From assembly GCA_963665115.1 (NCBI GenBank), contig OY762007.1:576001-640000 (forward strand): a DNA stretch of 64,000 nt. The letters run 5' to 3'. Every line of letters begins with the position of its first letter. Positions within the stretch are counted from its first letter, which is position 1. Positions 43,701-55,400 of this stretch are shown in pieces. Origin of the DNA: an uncultured Rivularia sp. Lineage in GTDB: Bacteria; Cyanobacteriota; Cyanobacteriia; Cyanobacteriales; Nostocaceae. The translations under genes and the position numbers were made by a program. The notes beneath the pieces are model-generated. The model worked only from the letters and a program-made list of their open reading frames with translations. It made no database searches and was not told the DNA's origin.

Positions 43701-44348
43701 AGCGGCGTATTTTAACAATATTACCCTAATTCAGCACCGAAGGGGATGGGGTGATGGGGTAATAGGTTACTTCGATAGCGAGCGAGACGTATGTCCTTAC
43801 GGACACGCTACGCTAACGCACTAACTGCTCACTACTCACTACTCACTACTCCCTACTCCTAACTCCTAACTAAAATAGATAATCCCCCGAACCTTATATA
43901 CTCCAAGGTGCGGGGGAAGTTCAAATGTTGCAGCAAAAAGTGAATTACTATTTAAGTTAACACCTTAGCAGTTAAGCTTGAGCTAAGAAAATATTAAATT
44001 TAGTTTAAGACATCATGAAAAATACGGAACAAAGAAAATTTTCTCTTGCTTCTACCGTATATCGAAGAATATTTAACCATTCGCCCCCAATTACACATTA
44101 CGTTTGCGAGTTGGTAAGCGACTAACTGTATGTATCCAGATATTACACCTTAATTCTTCGATTTATCTCGGGGTTCAGACCCCTTATTCCCTAACAATTA
44201 TTGATTTATTCGTTCTAGAAAACAATCCCAGTCACGGCGTTGCTCCCATATCACCTTTATGTATCGCCACTGGAATTTCATAATATAAATACATTTATTG
44301 AATTGTCCCCTCGTCCCCTTCCTCATCCCCTTGTCCCCTTCCTTATCC

Positions 44349-45554
44349 CTACTCCTCAAAAAGCTTCTTGGGATAAATCGGAATACTTTTTCTAGTTTCC
44401 TTTCGAGTTTGTTGTTGAGGTATTTCGGAATCAGTGCGAGAACGAAATTCTACAACATTGCTTTTGATAGTAATATCGTAGTTACCGAAAAAGTCGTGAC
44501 CTAACAGTCCATTTTGCAATTCCGATCCGGCGATCGCCACGGCAACTTTCTTAACTTTGACACCACCGGCTTCGATTGAATCAACATAACCGATGGGGAA
44601 TTCTACCGATTGAGCCGAAGCGGTATTTGCCCTTGCTTTGCCAACGGTGGTAACAGCGAGTAATTTAGCCATTCGCTGGGTAATTACGGTACCGCTAGCA
44701 CCCGTATCGACAATCATTTCAAATCGCTGTTTTCCGTTAAAAGTGACATCGATAATTGGCGTACCCCCAATGCGTCGTTTAATTGGGGCGCGAAATGCCG
44801 TAACTTCAGGTTTGTTTTCTGGAATAGGTACGGCAGCAGCATATACAGATTGTGTATCGACGGGTATGGGTATCGGCTGACGTGGTGTTGGTGGTGGTTG
44901 TGGTGGTTCCGCCTGTGGTAATGAGGTAGGTACTTGAATAGGTACTGCGGCTACTTGAGATTGTAAATTTTGTTGTAATATCTTTTGTACTGCTGGAGGA
45001 ACCTGCATTTTTTGACGTGCAATCGATTCTTTCAACGGTGGTACTGTTACCACTATTCTTTCAGGTTCTGGATCTGGATTTGGTTGTCCAAGAGCAACAG
45101 ATTTTTCCAGAGCATAATCAAAATGACGCTGGTATTCTTTAACTTTTACTTTGGCTATAGGATAGTAGCGACTTTGAGAGCGAACCGATTTCATCAAATT
45201 AATAGCATCTTGATAATAATCAGCAACTAATTTCCAATCTTCTGACGATTGAGCCGATTGACTTACACTGAAACCACCACTAGCTTTGTCCAATCCCATT
45301 TCAAAGGAAGTTGGTTCTAAAGTTTCTTGCTCGGTTTTTTTTGAGAGCGGTTTTGGGCTGGATGTTTCTTTTAGCGAGCCAGCCGAATTCACCATGTTAG
45401 ACGTACCTGGCACCGCCAAGGGCTTCTGGGGAATTTTGACGGTTTTTGATTGTTTGCTACAGGCAACACCAACTATAGTTAGTGCGCTCCATAGTAAAGT
45501 TAATGCTGCACGGGTTTTCAAAGGCTCAAGCATAATAATTTTTGATTTTACCAA
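44349..45554 (-). CDS. Lipoprotein with C-terminal retropepsin-like aspartyl protease domain
   Basis: Lipobox VAC; Pro-rich linker; MIVDTGASGTVI and GLLGHDFF. Confidence 0.85.
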   Translation of the reverse strand: MVKSKIIMLEPLKTRAALTLLWSALTIVGVACSKQSKTVKIPQKPLAVPGTSNMVNSAGSLKETSSPKPLSKKTEQETLEPTSFEMGLDKASGGFSVSQSAQSSEDWKLVADYYQDAINLMKSVRSQSRYYPIAKVKVKEYQRHFDYALEKSVALGQPNPDPEPERIVVTVPPLKESIARQKMQVPPAVQKILQQNLQSQVAAVPIQVPTSLPQAEPPQPPPTPRQPIPIPVDTQSVYAAAVPIPENKPEVTAFRAPIKRRIGGTPIIDVTFNGKQRFEMIVDTGASGTVITQRMAKLLAVTTVGKARANTASAQSVEFPIGYVDSIEAGGVKVKKVAVAIAGSELQNGLLGHDFFGNYDITIKSNVVEFRSRTDSEIPQQQTRKETRKSIPIYPKKLFEE

Positions 45555-45916
45555 GCCCTTGGGGGCAAAAATCTACTTTCAGGTTTTAATTATTTAACGT
45601 CGCGAACGCGCCACTATCTGCCTGTTTTTTTCGTAGTCAGAAATATATCTGTAAGCTTAATTAAATTTCTCCTTATATAGAATACCCTTTTTACTATTTT
45701 AATCATTAGGGGCACGAGCAGTTTACCCAGTTTGCAGAGTTTTAATAGAAGTTAAAAGTTGAGCTTAAAAAAATGCATAGCACTTTACAAGCATAATTCA
45801 ACAATTCCTTCACTATTAGAAGCCCCTTTGTACCTCACGATACTTTATAATTATCTTTCGTTCGTGCCCAATAGATAATTACCATTACCTATTGTTGCTT
45901 TATAGTTTTATTACTT

Positions 45917-47074
45917 ATGCCTCTGTTTGACGCAACACCGGCTCTACTTGTCCTAGCAGATGGAACTAGCTATAACGGCTGGTCTTTTGGTGCAACCGGC
46001 ACCGCTATCGGAGAAGTTGTTTTTAATACCGGCATGACCGGATATCAAGAAGTGCTGACCGACCCCAGCTATTGCGGTCAAATCATCGTGTTTACCTATC
46101 CGGAGCTAGGCAATACTGGTGTGAATCCAGAAGATGCCGAGTCAGACAAGCCCCATGTTAAAGCTTGTATCGCCAGAAATATTTGCGATCGCCCCAGTAA
46201 TTGGCGAGCAACTCAATCTTTACCCGACTACTTAAAAGAGCATCATATACCGGGAATTTATGGTATTGATACTCGTGCTTTAACTCGTAAAATTCGCGAC
46301 TCTGGAGCAATGAATGGCGGTGTTTCGACTGAAATACTCGATCCAGCTGAATTATTAGAACGGGTGAATGCAGCTCCATCAATGAGCGGATTAAATTTGG
46401 TCAAAGAGGTAACAACTTCCCACGTTTACGAATGGTCCGAAGCGACTACACCAGCGTGGGAATTTAATACAGATTCCCAGACGAGTGAAGAAGAAAAATT
46501 TACCGTAGTAGCCTTAGATTTTGGCGTTAAAAGAAATATATTGCGTCGCTTAGCAAGTCATGGTTGTCGAGTAATTGTAGTACCAGCAGATACTTCAACC
46601 CAGGAAATTCTCAAACATAATCCAGACGGAATATTTCTTTCCAACGGGCCAGGAGATCCCAGCGCCGTTACCGAAGGAATTGAAACCGCCAAAGCACTAT
46701 TAAAATCTGAGAAGCCCTTATTTGGCATTTGCATGGGACATCAAATTTTGGGTCAAGCTTTGGGGGCGCAAACCTATAAGCTCAAATTTGGTCATCGTGG
46801 TTTAAATCAACCAGCAGGTTTGAAAGAACGAATCGAAATAACTTCTCAAAACCACAGCTTTGCCATCGATCCCGATTCTTTAACTCACAGTGATGTGGAA
46901 ATTAGCCACCTCAACTTAAACGACAGTACAGTTGCTGGAGTCAAACATAAAACTTTACCAATTTTCTCGGTACAATATCATCCAGAAGCATCTCCTGGTC
47001 CTCACGATGCAGATTATTTATTTGAGCAGTTTGTTCAATCGATGAAAAAAGCTCGTCAAACAATTACCGCTTGA
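45917..47074 (+). CDS. carA: Carbamoyl-phosphate synthase small subunit
   Basis: [29 protein letters not shown] and [10 protein letters not shown]. Confidence 0.97.
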   Translation: MPLFDATPALLVLADGTSYNGWSFGATGTAIGEVVFNTGMTGYQEVLTDPSYCGQIIVFTYPELGNTGVNPEDAESDKPHVKACIARNICDRPSNWRATQSLPDYLKEHHIPGIYGIDTRALTRKIRDSGAMNGGVSTEILDPAELLERVNAAPSMSGLNLVKEVTTSHVYEWSEATTPAWEFNTDSQTSEEEKFTVVALDFGVKRNILRRLASHGCRVIVVPADTSTQEILKHNPDGIFLSNGPGDPSAVTEGIETAKALLKSEKPLFGICMGHQILGQALGAQTYKLKFGHRGLNQPAGLKERIEITSQNHSFAIDPDSLTHSDVEISHLNLNDSTVAGVKHKTLPIFSVQYHPEASPGPHDADYLFEQFVQSMKKARQTITA

Positions 47075-47244
47075 GTAAAAGTCGGGTAAAAATAAAGGAA
47101 GCGAAAAATTGGAGCATTATTTAAGTTCCAAATTTAAGCTTGAATTTATTATTTCTGCTGTCTTTTCTGTAAGTAACAGTTAAAGTAGACAACAGACACA
47201 AAAAACATCTATACTTGAGCGTTTGCTTTCACCACGAGGAGGGA

Positions 47245-47616
47245 ATTATAGCTGAACCACTAAATCTAACCGTTAGCCTGCGAGGTACTCGTGAAGTCCG
47301 GGATAGTTGTCAGCTATTCCGCCTCACAGGTTTGTTAGACGCATTTTCCGAGCCGACATTTCGTAAGGTACTTAGTAGTAAGATTGACGAAGGTCCCAGA
47401 CACGTCATCCTGGATCTTTCACAAATTGACTTTGTAGATAGTTCTGGTTTAGGAGCTTTGGTACAGTTAGCCAAGCAATCTCAAACCGAAGGAGGTACCT
47501 TTCAAATCGTCACTAACGCCCGCGTTACTCAAACAGTCAAGCTAGTACGTTTGGAAAAGTTTCTTGCTTTGCAAACTTCGGTTGATAAAGCATTAGAAAA
47601 TACCAAATCCTCTTGA
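47245..47616 (+). CDS. STAS-domain anti-sigma factor antagonist (start codon uncertain, possibly ATT/ATA)
   Basis: ILDLSQIDFVDSSGLGALV motif; strong SD GAGGAGG at 47236-47242. Confidence 0.85.
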   Translation: MIAEPLNLTVSLRGTREVRDSCQLFRLTGLLDAFSEPTFRKVLSSKIDEGPRHVILDLSQIDFVDSSGLGALVQLAKQSQTEGGTFQIVTNARVTQTVKLVRLEKFLALQTSVDKALENTKSS

Positions 47617-48111
47617 CGGCTTGACAATCGTTCAAATTAGCTATCCGATGTTTAAATCTGGATAGCTAAATTTTTATTTAATAGAATCAAATTTAAGAAA
47701 AAATGATTTTACTTCGATCGCAGCATAAAAAATAAGCTTGAAATATACTTACTTTAGTAATATTTAAGATATATATATTTAATTATGTATATGCAATGGC
47801 TGTAATTTATAACTGGCAAGTATTTCGCAAAAAAAGATCTGGATATTTTTTTTTGCGGAATTAATTCATTCAAAGATAATGTCTTATATGATAGCGATTG
47901 ATATAATATTTAAGTTTAATAAAATTGGCGTAAATAAAAGTTAAAATCAATGCTATGAATCTGAAATAACAAGCTAAAATGATCGGGAAACTTTTGTAGC
48001 TATAGCGGTAATAAGCGTGAAACAGCATCACCCGGATAAGCGAGTAGTAAGCAAACTCCAAAATTACATCACTTCCCGATAATTATTAACCATTACGTAA
48101 GGGATTCAGTT

Positions 48112-48585
48112 GTGACAAAGGAGGAAAAACAATTAAGTGCAACTTCTAAAATTATCCCCAAAGATTTATTTGACTTTCATGAGTTAAGACCTAATGCAGA
48201 CCAATTGTTACCCAAACTTTCTGTGTCGCAACTACACCAACTTTCTCCTTCCGCTCTTGCTTATTTAGGTGATGCAGTTTACGAACTGTATATCAGGAGA
48301 TATTACTTGGTACCACCCCGAAGAATGGAAAACTACCACCATTTGGTAGTGGCACAAGTAAGAGCCGAAAAGCAGGCAGAAATGTTAGACTTGCTCGACC
48401 CATATCTTAATAGTAATGAATTAGAAATTATCCGTAGGGGTCGTAACGCCGCTACAGGTCGTCCCAAACGTTTAGATCCCCAGATATACAGACAGGCTAC
48501 AAGTCTGGAAACTTTGATTGGCTATTTATATCTCACTGACACCGAACGATTGAGCGAGCTTCTGCAAAAACTTCTTCTGGAGTAG
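48112..48585 (+). CDS. mrnC: Mini-ribonuclease III
   Basis: [17 protein letters not shown] and [13 protein letters not shown]; no dsRBD. Confidence 0.9.
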   Translation: MTKEEKQLSATSKIIPKDLFDFHELRPNADQLLPKLSVSQLHQLSPSALAYLGDAVYELYIRRYYLVPPRRMENYHHLVVAQVRAEKQAEMLDLLDPYLNSNELEIIRRGRNAATGRPKRLDPQIYRQATSLETLIGYLYLTDTERLSELLQKLLLE

Positions 48586-48686
48586 TAGCTGAATATCTGA
48601 CTCGGCGAATGTCAACAAATGCTGAGGTCTTCGGTAAAAAAAAGTGAGAGAAGATGCCTTACATCTAAGCTCTACCAAATAATTAT

Positions 48687-49691
48687 ATGACCAACCAACC
48701 AAGAAAGATTAAGATTGATGGTGATTCGAGCCGGAAGCCTTCTTTAAAACTGAAAGGCAAGCGTTTGCCATCTCCATCCGGCAGTAAATCTAAAGATAAA
48801 AATTATAACTCTGTAATTAATAAGCCTCGTCAGAATCGTTCTAATTTTGAACATCCATCATCATCATCATCATCATCATCGTCTACAGAAGCCGAAGAAA
48901 CTAGCGACCTAATTTACGGCCGTCATTCCGTTTTGAGTAGCTTGGAAAACCAACGTTCTCTCAATCGGATTTGGATTACTTCTCGTTTGCGCTACGATCA
49001 CCGTTTTCACGATTTGCTTTTACAAGCTAAAGGGAATGGCACAGTTATAGATGAGGTAGAACCCAGACGTTTAGATCAAATTACTAAAAATGGTAATCAT
49101 CAAGGAGTAGCAGCGCAAACTGCTCCCTACGAATATTTTGATTTACAGGATTTGATCGAAAAGGCGAAATCCGTAACCGATACACCAGTGATAGTTGTTG
49201 CCGATAGTATTACAGATCCCCACAATTTGGGAGCGATTATTCGCACGGCTGAATCCATAGGTGCCCAAGGCTTAGTAATCCCTCAACGTAGGGCTGTTGG
49301 TATTACTTCTACGGTAATGAAAGTAGCAACTGGAGCTTTAGATAATTTTCCCGTCGCTAGAGTCGTAAATCTCAGTCGTGCTTTAGAAGAATTGAAAACC
49401 GCCGGTTTCTGGATTTACGGTACTGCAAGTTCTGCGAGCGAACCCTTACACACCGTAGATTTCAACGGGCCACCAATTGTTTTAGTAATTGGTTCTGAAG
49501 GCGAAGGTTTAAGTATGCTGACACAAAAGTGTTGCGATGTTTTAGTATCGATTCCCTTACAGGGCAAGACTCCCAGCCTTAATGCTTCAGTAGCAGCAGG
49601 TATGGCACTATACGAAATTTATCGCCAACGCTGGAACAACACGCTTAACTTAAAAAATTTGCGAAAAACCTCTTCCAAAAACCATATGTAA
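48687..49691 (+). CDS. rlmB: 23S rRNA Gm2251 methyltransferase (SpoU/TrmH family)
   Basis: [28 protein letters not shown] and SLNASVA. Confidence 0.93.
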   Translation: MTNQPRKIKIDGDSSRKPSLKLKGKRLPSPSGSKSKDKNYNSVINKPRQNRSNFEHPSSSSSSSSSTEAEETSDLIYGRHSVLSSLENQRSLNRIWITSRLRYDHRFHDLLLQAKGNGTVIDEVEPRRLDQITKNGNHQGVAAQTAPYEYFDLQDLIEKAKSVTDTPVIVVADSITDPHNLGAIIRTAESIGAQGLVIPQRRAVGITSTVMKVATGALDNFPVARVVNLSRALEELKTAGFWIYGTASSASEPLHTVDFNGPPIVLVIGSEGEGLSMLTQKCCDVLVSIPLQGKTPSLNASVAAGMALYEIYRQRWNNTLNLKNLRKTSSKNHM

Positions 49692-49775
49692 AAGAGTATA
49701 AAGAAGTGTAAAGGCAAAAAAACGACAGCATAGTTCTTTAACAACCGCTATCAACTTTAGTAATAGACGAAAACC

Positions 49776-50078
49776 ATGAACATCATTGGAAATCCTTTCA
49801 AGGAATTTGTTACCAACATCTTTGAGAACCTTGGCTTAGCTTGGTGGGTAGAGATTGCCACTCAAAATCCTAAGTGTACTTACTACTTTGGACCTTTTCT
49901 CAATGGCACGGAAGCAAAAGCTGCCGTCAAAGGCTATGTAGAAGACCTTGAACTTGAGGGAGCGCAAAATATAATTGTTAATGTCAAACGTTGTAAACCA
50001 AAAGTTTTAACCATTTCTGAAGACTTGGGGGAATGGTTTGACCGTAAAGTAAAGCCTGTCTTTAGCGGTCAAATGTAG
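49776..50078 (+). CDS. DUF1816 family protein
   Basis: WWVEIATQNPKCTYYFGPF...GYVEDLELEGA...KRCKP. Confidence 0.8.
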   Translation: MNIIGNPFKEFVTNIFENLGLAWWVEIATQNPKCTYYFGPFLNGTEAKAAVKGYVEDLELEGAQNIIVNVKRCKPKVLTISEDLGEWFDRKVKPVFSGQM

Positions 50079-50308
50079 TTGAAAGCTTTCAATTAAGAAA
50101 GCTTTTATATTAGGCACCATTCGTTAAAAAATAAAGTGTAAAGTATGAATAATAAAAATTGACTTATTCCATACTTTATGCTTTATTTTCGTTAATGCCA
50201 GAAAATGTAGAGACGCGATACTATGACCGTCTCTGCCAGTCAATTTGTGGATAAATTTTAATTAATCCCAAATCCAAAACATCAACATCCGTTGTTAAAA
50301 TCCAAAAT

Positions 50309-51127
50309 CTAAAACTGTATGGTTTGTGGATTATCCTTCAACCAACAGTCAATGTCATTTAATAGTTGCTGGGGAATTTCCCACGGGAAAAGATGGGCTG
50401 TATTTGGATAACAGTGAAATTGACTATTTTTTAAATGTTGAGAAGTTTCTAAGCTGCATTCAGCCGTTATATGTCTGTCTTCTTTACCTGCAAGTACCAA
50501 GGAAGGGCATTGAATTTGGCTTAAGTCGCCAACTTTATTGTATCCAGCCCTAATCGCCGAATAAAGAGCGCGAGTTGCCTTATCTGAAGTTTGTAAATAA
50601 GCCGGTATTGCACATGAAGCAATATACCCGTAAGCAGTGGGATTATGTTGTTGAATTAGGTAGCGAAAAAGAGAACGCTTACCAAACGTATCAATATTCC
50701 ACTGCCAATTGGGATTTACAACACTTAAAAGAGCGGCAATACCTGTATAGAGATTATCTTGCCATGTAATTGGTGGATGATTGCCGTGAGGTCTTGCAGC
50801 TGTCGCTATTAAAATTAACCCGCTAACCCTTTTAGGAAATCGCTGGGCTAACTCCATAGCTAAAATACCGCCTAAAGACCATCCCAATACTAAGCATTTT
50901 TGAATCCGAAATTGGTCTAAGAGTAGTTCTAAGTCGCTTAAATGGTCTGTCATAGCAAAATTGCGATTAAAGCGACTGTTGCCGTATCCGCGCAAATCTG
51001 GAGCAATAGTTTGAAAGCGTTGCGACAGATGATTCGTAAAAACAGAAAGACTCGAACCCGAACCAGGATGCCCGTGCAAGCAGAGAATCGGGAAACCTTC
51101 ACCTTGAGTATAAGCGTTGAGTTGCAT
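50309..51127 (-). CDS. Alpha/beta hydrolase
   Basis: LHGHPG, DLRGYG, GWSLGG nucleophile elbow and a catalytic His near the C-terminus. Confidence 0.92.
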   Translation of the reverse strand: MQLNAYTQGEGFPILCLHGHPGSGSSLSVFTNHLSQRFQTIAPDLRGYGNSRFNRNFAMTDHLSDLELLLDQFRIQKCLVLGWSLGGILAMELAQRFPKRVSGLILIATAARPHGNHPPITWQDNLYTGIAALLSVVNPNWQWNIDTFGKRSLFRYLIQQHNPTAYGYIASCAIPAYLQTSDKATRALYSAIRAGYNKVGDLSQIQCPSLVLAGKEDRHITAECSLETSQHLKNSQFHCYPNTAHLFPWEIPQQLLNDIDCWLKDNPQTIQF

Positions 51128-51177
51128 TAGAGAGTTGGGAGTTAGGAGTTAGGAGTTAAGTAGTTAAACTTCTAATT

Positions 51178-51299
51178 GTATGTCCCTCCGGGACACGCTG
51201 CGCTAACGCTGGTAACTGTTCGCTGTATGTCCCTTTCGGGACACGCTATGTCCTATCGGACACGCAATACCTACGGTACGCTTCGCTAGCCGCTAACGC
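51178..51299. repeat. Nested very small hairpin repeats (TATGTCC..GGACACGC..CGCTAACGC)
   Basis: Three to four copies, some nested; related copies at 43788-43819 and 8879-8929. Confidence 0.7.
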
Positions 51300-51321
51300 T
51301 AACACTGTTCACTGTTCACTG

Positions 51322-52059
51322 TTAACTGCTAACAGACTCTTTATATCCTCCAGCGTAGGTGATAACGCACATCTGTCTGTAGGTAGTGTGAATTCCGAAT
51401 GCAACACCGGATACTTTGAAATCGGGATTAAACATATTGATTCGATGACCGCGATCGGGAACTCCATCATCAATGATTAGCTGCATGACTATATCCCTTG
51501 CAGTGTGGGAACCGTAGCTGATATTTTCACCGGCAGTAACTTGCCATTTTCCGTAACGACTTAAACGTTTGAAAGGGTCGCTACCATCGCTACCGTTGTG
51601 ACCGACGATACCTTTAGGACCTTGATCCTTGACATGATCTTTAGCCGCCAAAGACATTCCCTTTGAAGTAGTTACCGGAGGTACGGGAGAAACAGTTTTT
51701 AGATAGCGAATAGCTTCATCAACAGCGGGCACACCTTCTTGAGTTATTAAATAAACATTTTTAGAAATTTTGACTCGTTTACCTTCAAAGCGTTTTCTAT
51801 AATCTTCTAATATAGCAGCATAAGCTTGAGGATTTGTCCGAGCCAGATTCATTTCGGCAACTACTCGTTGTTCCAACACCGAAAGGTTACTATCCCGCCT
51901 TACAGATTGAGGTATTTTTGAAGGAGTTTCCGACACGGGAGGTATTGGTTCAATAATTTCGACAGCAGAACATCCAGCAAGTAGGCTAAAAGGGGCTACC
52001 CAATAAAATATCCGACGCATCAACAACCTCATAAACCCATGAGAACAAAGTATAAGCAT
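51322..52059 (-). CDS. CAP/SCP-domain lipoprotein
   Basis: LAGC lipobox; [15 protein letters not shown] and [10 protein letters not shown]. Confidence 0.85.
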   Translation of the reverse strand: MLILCSHGFMRLLMRRIFYWVAPFSLLAGCSAVEIIEPIPPVSETPSKIPQSVRRDSNLSVLEQRVVAEMNLARTNPQAYAAILEDYRKRFEGKRVKISKNVYLITQEGVPAVDEAIRYLKTVSPVPPVTTSKGMSLAAKDHVKDQGPKGIVGHNGSDGSDPFKRLSRYGKWQVTAGENISYGSHTARDIVMQLIIDDGVPDRGHRINMFNPDFKVSGVAFGIHTTYRQMCVITYAGGYKESVSS

Positions 52060-52499
52060 TCTTATAGATTCACGATATTAACATCAGTTTCCCGATTGCG
52101 GACACTACAAAGTTATCGGTACATCATTTTTCGATATTGCTTATGAAGAAAAATTTGTTAAATTTGTAGGTTGGGTTAGACACGAAAACAAATTGTAGTT
52201 GTAATAAGAATATTAATTAATCACTTTGAAGAGCCAAACAAATTGCATTTGTGAATACGATTTATATTCAAGGCTTGACTAACAAAATTTTAAGAAGGGA
52301 CTATGTTCCATACCGAGCCACGAATCTTCAAATAATGCTGTATCAAATAAATTTGTTGTCATTCTATATGTCAATCGAATCTTATGAAAAATATTAAAAA
52401 ACCCGGTTTTTTCAAAAACCAGGTTAATAAGCTTTTTTAAAGTTAGGAATTAGTAGTTCCCCAAAGAAGCGAAAAAATATTCCCGAACTATTCTCTATA

Positions 52500-55400
52500 T
52501 CATGCCATTACTAATTTCTCAACCTGAGAAAGAAATTCATGTTCTAAATAAGGCTTGGTTAAGTAAGCATTTGCACCTAATGCTTCAGCAAGTTGGCGAT
52601 GCTTTTCTGCGCTACGAGAAGTAAGCACAACTACAGGAACATTACCTAAATTAGGACTTTGACGCAAATTACTTAACAGTTCAAAACCATTCATCCGAGG
52701 CATTTCCAAATCGGAAATTACTAAATCAACTTCGGGATGATGCTGCAATTTTTCTAAAGCTTCTATACCATTTTGGGCTTGTACGACCTGATAACCGTAT
52801 TTCTGTAAAGTTAAAGAAATAGTTTGTCGCAGACTAATCGCATCATCCACCACTAAAACAACTTTTGAAGATTTAGCAACAGGCGATTTTGCTTTATGCC
52901 CCGAAGTAATTTGAGGATTAGTTGTCGATTTAGAAGCAGCAAGTAGTCCTTTGGATGTGATTATTTCTCCCGACATTTGCAAAGCTTTCTTGGAAGTCGC
53001 TGAAGGTAAAGCCGTATAATCAATTGACGCTTGCATTTCGCCAATGGATGGTATCAAAGTTCCATCAATTACTAGAATTAAATTACCATTAGCCAAGCTA
53101 CTACAACCGTAAACATATTTTGGGGGAGCAATTGCTTGACCTAAAGGTCTAACTACTAACTCTTGCTCTCCAATTATTTGGTCAATTTCTAAACCTAAAA
53201 TTTGGTCGTTGCTGTGTAATAATAAAATAGGATTTACAGTATTATCCCTATTATTAATAGTAGGTTGAGTAGATAAAGTATTTTCACTAGTAAATGGACG
53301 ATGATATTGCATTAAATCTGAAAGATTGAGCAGATTTACCATGCGTTCTTCTTTACCTGTATTCCAGTAAAGAACTTTTTTATTTTCAAACTGTTTAATT
53401 TGCTCGGGGGATGGAAGCAATATTTTTGCAATGCTGTCTAATAGCAGTGCGTAAGCAGCACCTCCCGTTTGAACTATCATTAATTTTTCAGTAGTCATAG
53501 AAAAAGGAATTTTTAATACGAATGTTGTTCCTTGCTGGGGTTGTGAATAAACTGCAATAGAACCGTTGAGTGCTTGCAATTGAGTGCGAACAATATCCAA
53601 CCCGATACCCCTTCCGGAAATATCGCTAACTTTGCCAGCAGTCGAAAATCCTGGAGAGAACAAACAATCTAACAGTTCTTCCTCCATTAAGCCCGAATCG
53701 TGTCTGCTAAATTCTTTATCTGAACTTAACATTCCTAATTCAATTGCTTTATTACGAATTCTCTCGAAATTCAAACCTCCACCATCATCTCTAACTTCGA
53801 TAACAGTTTGAGAACCCCGGTTGTAAGCACAAATTTCGATTAAACCTTGTTCGGATTTGTGGCGATCGCCACGAATTTCTGTTGACTCGATACCATGATC
53901 GTAAGCGTTACGTACCAAATGTAATAATGGATCGTAAAGTTTTTCAGCAATTGCTTTATCTACTAAAACGGAGCCACCACTCAGCCGCAATTCAACATTT
54001 TTACCGTGAATATTGGTTAGGTTTTGTACCATTTGGGGGAAGCGATTGAGAATATTACCCAGAGGTAACATTCTTGCTTCAACCAAATTATCAATAATAC
54101 CAAGTGCTAATCGTTGTGTCTTATCATGAACTTGAGCAGATCGCTGAATAACTAAATCTGCTGATTCTAAAATTTCCTGTAATCGTGTTGCTTGTTCGGT
54201 AACTTCATGTAACCCTAAATGAAACTCCGTATAGTCATCCATTTCTAAAGAATCAAAGTCTACAGAAGCAACATTAAGCGTATTTTGCGATACTACTTTT
54301 TGAGAATGTAAAGGTAAATCCCGTAATTGTTCTAAACTTTGTTGATGTCTTTGAAGTTTTTCAAATAATTGCTTAACTGTTTGTTTAAGCTGGTCATCTT
54401 GGGAAGTTCTGCGCTTTTGATAAATTAGCAATTCCCCTGCCAAATAATTGAGACGCTGTAAACTTTCTACATCTACACGTACAAAAGAAGGTAGCTTAGA
54501 ATTTCTAGCTGGATTTGCTGCTTTTTTTTCTGTACGATTTTCGTTTTTAGCAATTGGGTTAGCAGCATATTGAATAATCGTATTAGAAGAATCTTCATCA
54601 TTACTTGTATCTAATGGTGAAGTTTGAGTCACCTTGCTTTCAGGTTCAGATTCTGTAGTTTCTTCTTCAATAATATTCGACGCTAAATTAGGATCTATAT
54701 CTTCTCCCCAAATTGCTTCCAGTATATTTTCTCCTGGATTATGCACAATTTCAGGAGAAACTGTTTCTTGAATTTCTTCTATAAGTTCTTTTTTGGCTTC
54801 TTGTTTAATTCCTAGCAAATTTTGTAATTTTAAACTATCAAGCCATTTCTTCTCTTCTACAGTGACAGGAGAATAATTTTTATATTCTTTAGCAATATCG
54901 GAAACTTTGCTTTGTAAAGTTTCAATTATGGAAAAATCGCATAAATTTTCTTGATAGCATTTAAATCTGGCTACAGCTAGAAGAACTGTTAAAATGCCTC
55001 CCAAACGATAAAGACAAAGACTGGGAGAATCCGAATCTTCTTGTACAAATTCTAGAAATTCTTGCAGCCAGTTCTCAACATATTCAGCAGAATTTTCGGC
55101 TACATTATTTTTAGGAATAAGTAAATGTAAAGCAAGTTTATCTTCAGGAATATTTAGCTCATGATTAAACCAACCCAAAATACACCGAATTACTTTTAAA
55201 TGAAATTTAGCCGACTTTGGCTTAAGAGGTTCGCTATCAATATTCCCTTTTGTAAAAAATTCGTATAATTCTTCTATTTGGGTTCTTAAAGGTTTAGCGT
55301 TCGATTCTGTTTTTAAAGATTGAGTTGTTACATTTCCAAAAATATTTTCTGCGATATGGGATTCTAATAAATTAAAATCTTCCGTATCTTCATCCTGAGA

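Noticed and set aside
48856..48880. (TCA)n repeat in rlmB as a phase-variation tract
   Set aside because: In-frame trinucleotide run encoding poly-Ser in a low-complexity N-terminal linker; length changes would not shift the frame
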